From Phyllobates terribilis (Eukaryota), in NCBI RefSeq assembly GCF_046119375.1, contig NW_027362761.1, positions 359,476,001-359,540,000 of the forward strand: DNA of 64,000 nt, given 5' to 3'. The position numbers and the translations under genes were made by a program. This document shows, piece by piece, positions 61,499-64,000 of this stretch (positions within the stretch are counted from its first letter, which is position 1; each line of letters starts with the position of its first letter). The notes under the pieces are model-generated. The model was not told the origin of the DNA. It did no database searches and saw only the letters and a list, made by a program, of their open reading frames with translations.

Positions 61499-63445
61499 GG
61501 TTTTTTCCTACTTGCAGATGTCTTCCTGGCCAGGGCTCCTTTATGGGCGACTGGACCAGCGCCTCCCTCTGATTAGAGGGCTCCTCCCCTGGTGTCCAGG
61601 TGAAGACAGGTGATCACCGGCGGCTATCACCGCTCTTTTCCCCCCTTGCGTCTGCTGTGCTCCACCATGGAACGCATAACCGCCGGAAGTGACGTCATCA
61701 TCCACCGCCCAGTGTTCGACGTTACTTCCAGCGCCGCGGAATGCGCGCCACATCCTTGAGATTGGCATCGCTTGCGAATCCAGCAGGGGGAGGAGGAGGA
61801 GATGGGCCGGAGAGCTCAAAGTGGTCTCCGGTCAAAAGATCCTGCAGACCTTGCCCGAGGGCGCGGATTGGAGGAGGGGGTCCCGAATCCGGAGGAGACA
61901 GGAGTAGGGCATGTGAGGAGGAGAGGTAAACTGCTCGATCCTCCACTGCTCGACTAGTAGTTTTCTCCGCAGTGCCTGTCGCCGACCCAGCACACCGGGG
62001 ATGACCTCTTCATCCCTGATAGGGACAGGAAATAACACTGGTGGGAGGGGCTATTTAAACCTCTTCATATTTCCTGTCCCTATGAGGGTGGGGTTACATT
62101 CTCCTGTGTGCTGTCGTGGGGGGTTATTAGAGAAAATATGGTATCACTTTTGGGATCAACCAGTGATAAGATATCTGGTTTTTAGGATAACTTAATACAA
62201 GTGTGCAGGCTAGAGTCCAGCCCACGTTATGTCAGCACAGTGGGTGTGTGAGCAGGTCTCCCCTTAGGCATAAAAGAATCCCCGGAGGATGGAGGAGTAC
62301 TCATGTTGGAAATACATATTTATATGTAGCATGGGTCCTGTTCGATAACAGCCAGAAGTGGAGTGCTTCCCTCCACCCATACTGGATCGTCTCAGCGATC
62401 TCTATAGTAAGTCTTCTTTAACCCTGTTTTATTTTGTGTAACTGTATATTCTGTACTGTAATTGTCCCCTTTGTAAAATCCTTGTATATTTTTCATAACA
62501 CTGCCTCCCTTTTGGATTAAATATAAAATGTAATAGTTCTGTTTCTTTTGTCCTATAATCCCCCGAAGCCATATACACTACCAGAAAGCAGGCGTCCGGC
62601 CAGGCCTGTATTATAGCTCAAACTCGACCGGTGGTGGCAGCAAATAATCATAACTGGGCTATCGTGAAGTCAGCAGTAACCGTACGGGGGCGTATACACA
62701 CATTCCATGTGTTGGAATCCGGAGGTGTGACGCCATACGCTTTCTGCTCGCTTGCCAATACCTACGCAGTGAGTAGACGGGATCGTGTGCTCTGAATCCC
62801 TGACAAAGTGACGGCATGGTGAGATATTGTGTGATCTCCCCGGTGTCGCCCTGACAATAACTTAATACGCTATCAAACTAAGACCGTGTGAGCCCAGCAG
62901 ACGCAGTAGTAAGTAATGCAGCCCTTCTGTCTTCAAGATTGAGGCTTTCTATCCAGACATCTCACTCACAAATCTTTTAGTCATGCGAGTTTTGTAACAG
63001 TTAGGAAAGATCAGTTCCCCTTCAGTTTTAGAGAAGTGACACGCTTTTACAGAAAGGTTATAATTAGTTCATTTAAACTTTAATTTTCTAATGTTAGAAT
63101 GAAACTATGAATGTTTTATGTTAATATCATATAATGTATATTTAATAACAAGTTGCCTTGCTCTGCAATGAAGTCTGAAAAAGTTTGAACATCATTAAGT
63201 TTTTCTACAAACACCCTTTGGCAGATAATGATACTTATAAAGGAACCATAACCATGTTAGTCTAGACAAGTCTAAAGATAGCCACGTGACATTTATTTGC
63301 AGATCTAGCAAAATCAGGTGAAAAATTTGCTAAGACTCTGTTATCTGTAGTGAACATACATGTAAGAAGAACACTAAAAACTTCTAAATAAGCTGCATTT
63401 ACCAATGATCTACAGATAAATATATAATGTGTATGGTCAGTTTAA

Positions 63446-63748
63446 AGAGGTTTTCTGGGAATTTTATATTGGTGGCCTAATATAAGATAGGTCATCAATA
63501 TATGATTGTTGGGGTTGCGACACCAGTCAACTGTACTTCGAATCAATAGCTGGCGGATGTGCAGTACCCGGAAGTGGTCACTATGCATTGACTGAGCTGT
63601 GCAGCTCTGCAACTCCGCACATCCAGCTGCCGCAGGTTCCGGGAACAACTGATTGGCGGGGCTTGCTGGGTGTAACATTCCCATGATCAGATATTGATGA
63701 CCTATCCTAAGGACAGGCTATCAATATAAAAGTTCTAGATAACCCCCT
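63446..63748. mobile_element. T2/Kolobok-type MITE
   Basis: TTAA-AGAGGTTTTCT ... AGATAACCCCCT-TTAA; inverted ATGACCTATC modules. Confidence 0.7.
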
Positions 63749-64000
63749 TTAAAGCACTCATATACGTTAGACAGCTGTCTGCCAAATGAAAGCTTGGCCG
63801 ACTACTTCTGCGCCTATATGCAAGAAAGCTCAGCCAAGCAATCCTGTGTATTGTAGCAGAGCTGCCAGGCAGCTTATCTTTGTGCCAAACAAAAAGATAG
63901 GCCATTGTATTTCAACATGCCAGATCCTGCTCTCCATCAACATCATTTGCCAGGGAAAGAGTATGTAAGCGGCCATACACAGACTGTTAGCCAATCAATC

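Larger units (their letters stand above)
53835..62135 (-). mobile_element. DIRS1-like tyrosine-recombinase retrotransposon, complete termini, decayed ORFs
   Basis: Inverted terminal repeats (about 53866-53985 vs 62030-62133); ICR at about 54068-54160 matching both termini; gag, RT/RNase H/MT-like and YR remnants. Confidence 0.93.
53334..62856. mobile_element. Solo LTR (about 1.2 kb net) split by the DIRS insertion
   Basis: TGTCA...TGACA termini with a perfect 5-bp TSD ATAAC (53329-53333, 62857-62861). Confidence 0.85.

Noticed and set aside
2006-63968. Remaining short ORF-track entries (60-160 aa)
   Set aside because: They are antisense or alternate frames of TEs or low-complexity repeats, with no recognisable protein features.

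Overview
Eukaryotic (vertebrate, most likely anuran; inferred from the repeat landscape, not proven) genomic DNA that is mostly transposable elements. There is one host coding exon: an intact minus-strand B3GNT4-like beta-1,3-N-acetylglucosaminyltransferase at 17139-18233. The repeats are: the 5' end of a sushi/Tf1-type Gypsy element with an open gag; a decayed CR1 LINE; several Tc1 copies; L1 fragments; a Gypsy pol fragment; two solo LTRs; hAT elements and MITEs; and a DIRS1 element nested in a solo LTR and itself interrupted by a hAT. The most unusual feature is a very young 4.9-kb LTR element at 25089-30009. It has about 99.8% identical LTRs, a 4-bp TSD, a perfect tRNA-Ser PBS and a PPT, but no RT, RNase H or integrase. 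Its only long ORF (683 aa) ends in a cold-shock (Y-box/Lin28-like) domain. Also notable are two small insertions with 16-bp TSDs carrying a hammerhead-ribozyme-like motif with an A3-U8 core variant, an apparent spliceosomal intron in the DIRS gag, and a self-priming signature in the sushi-type LTR. All alignments and counts were done by eye; no searches were run.
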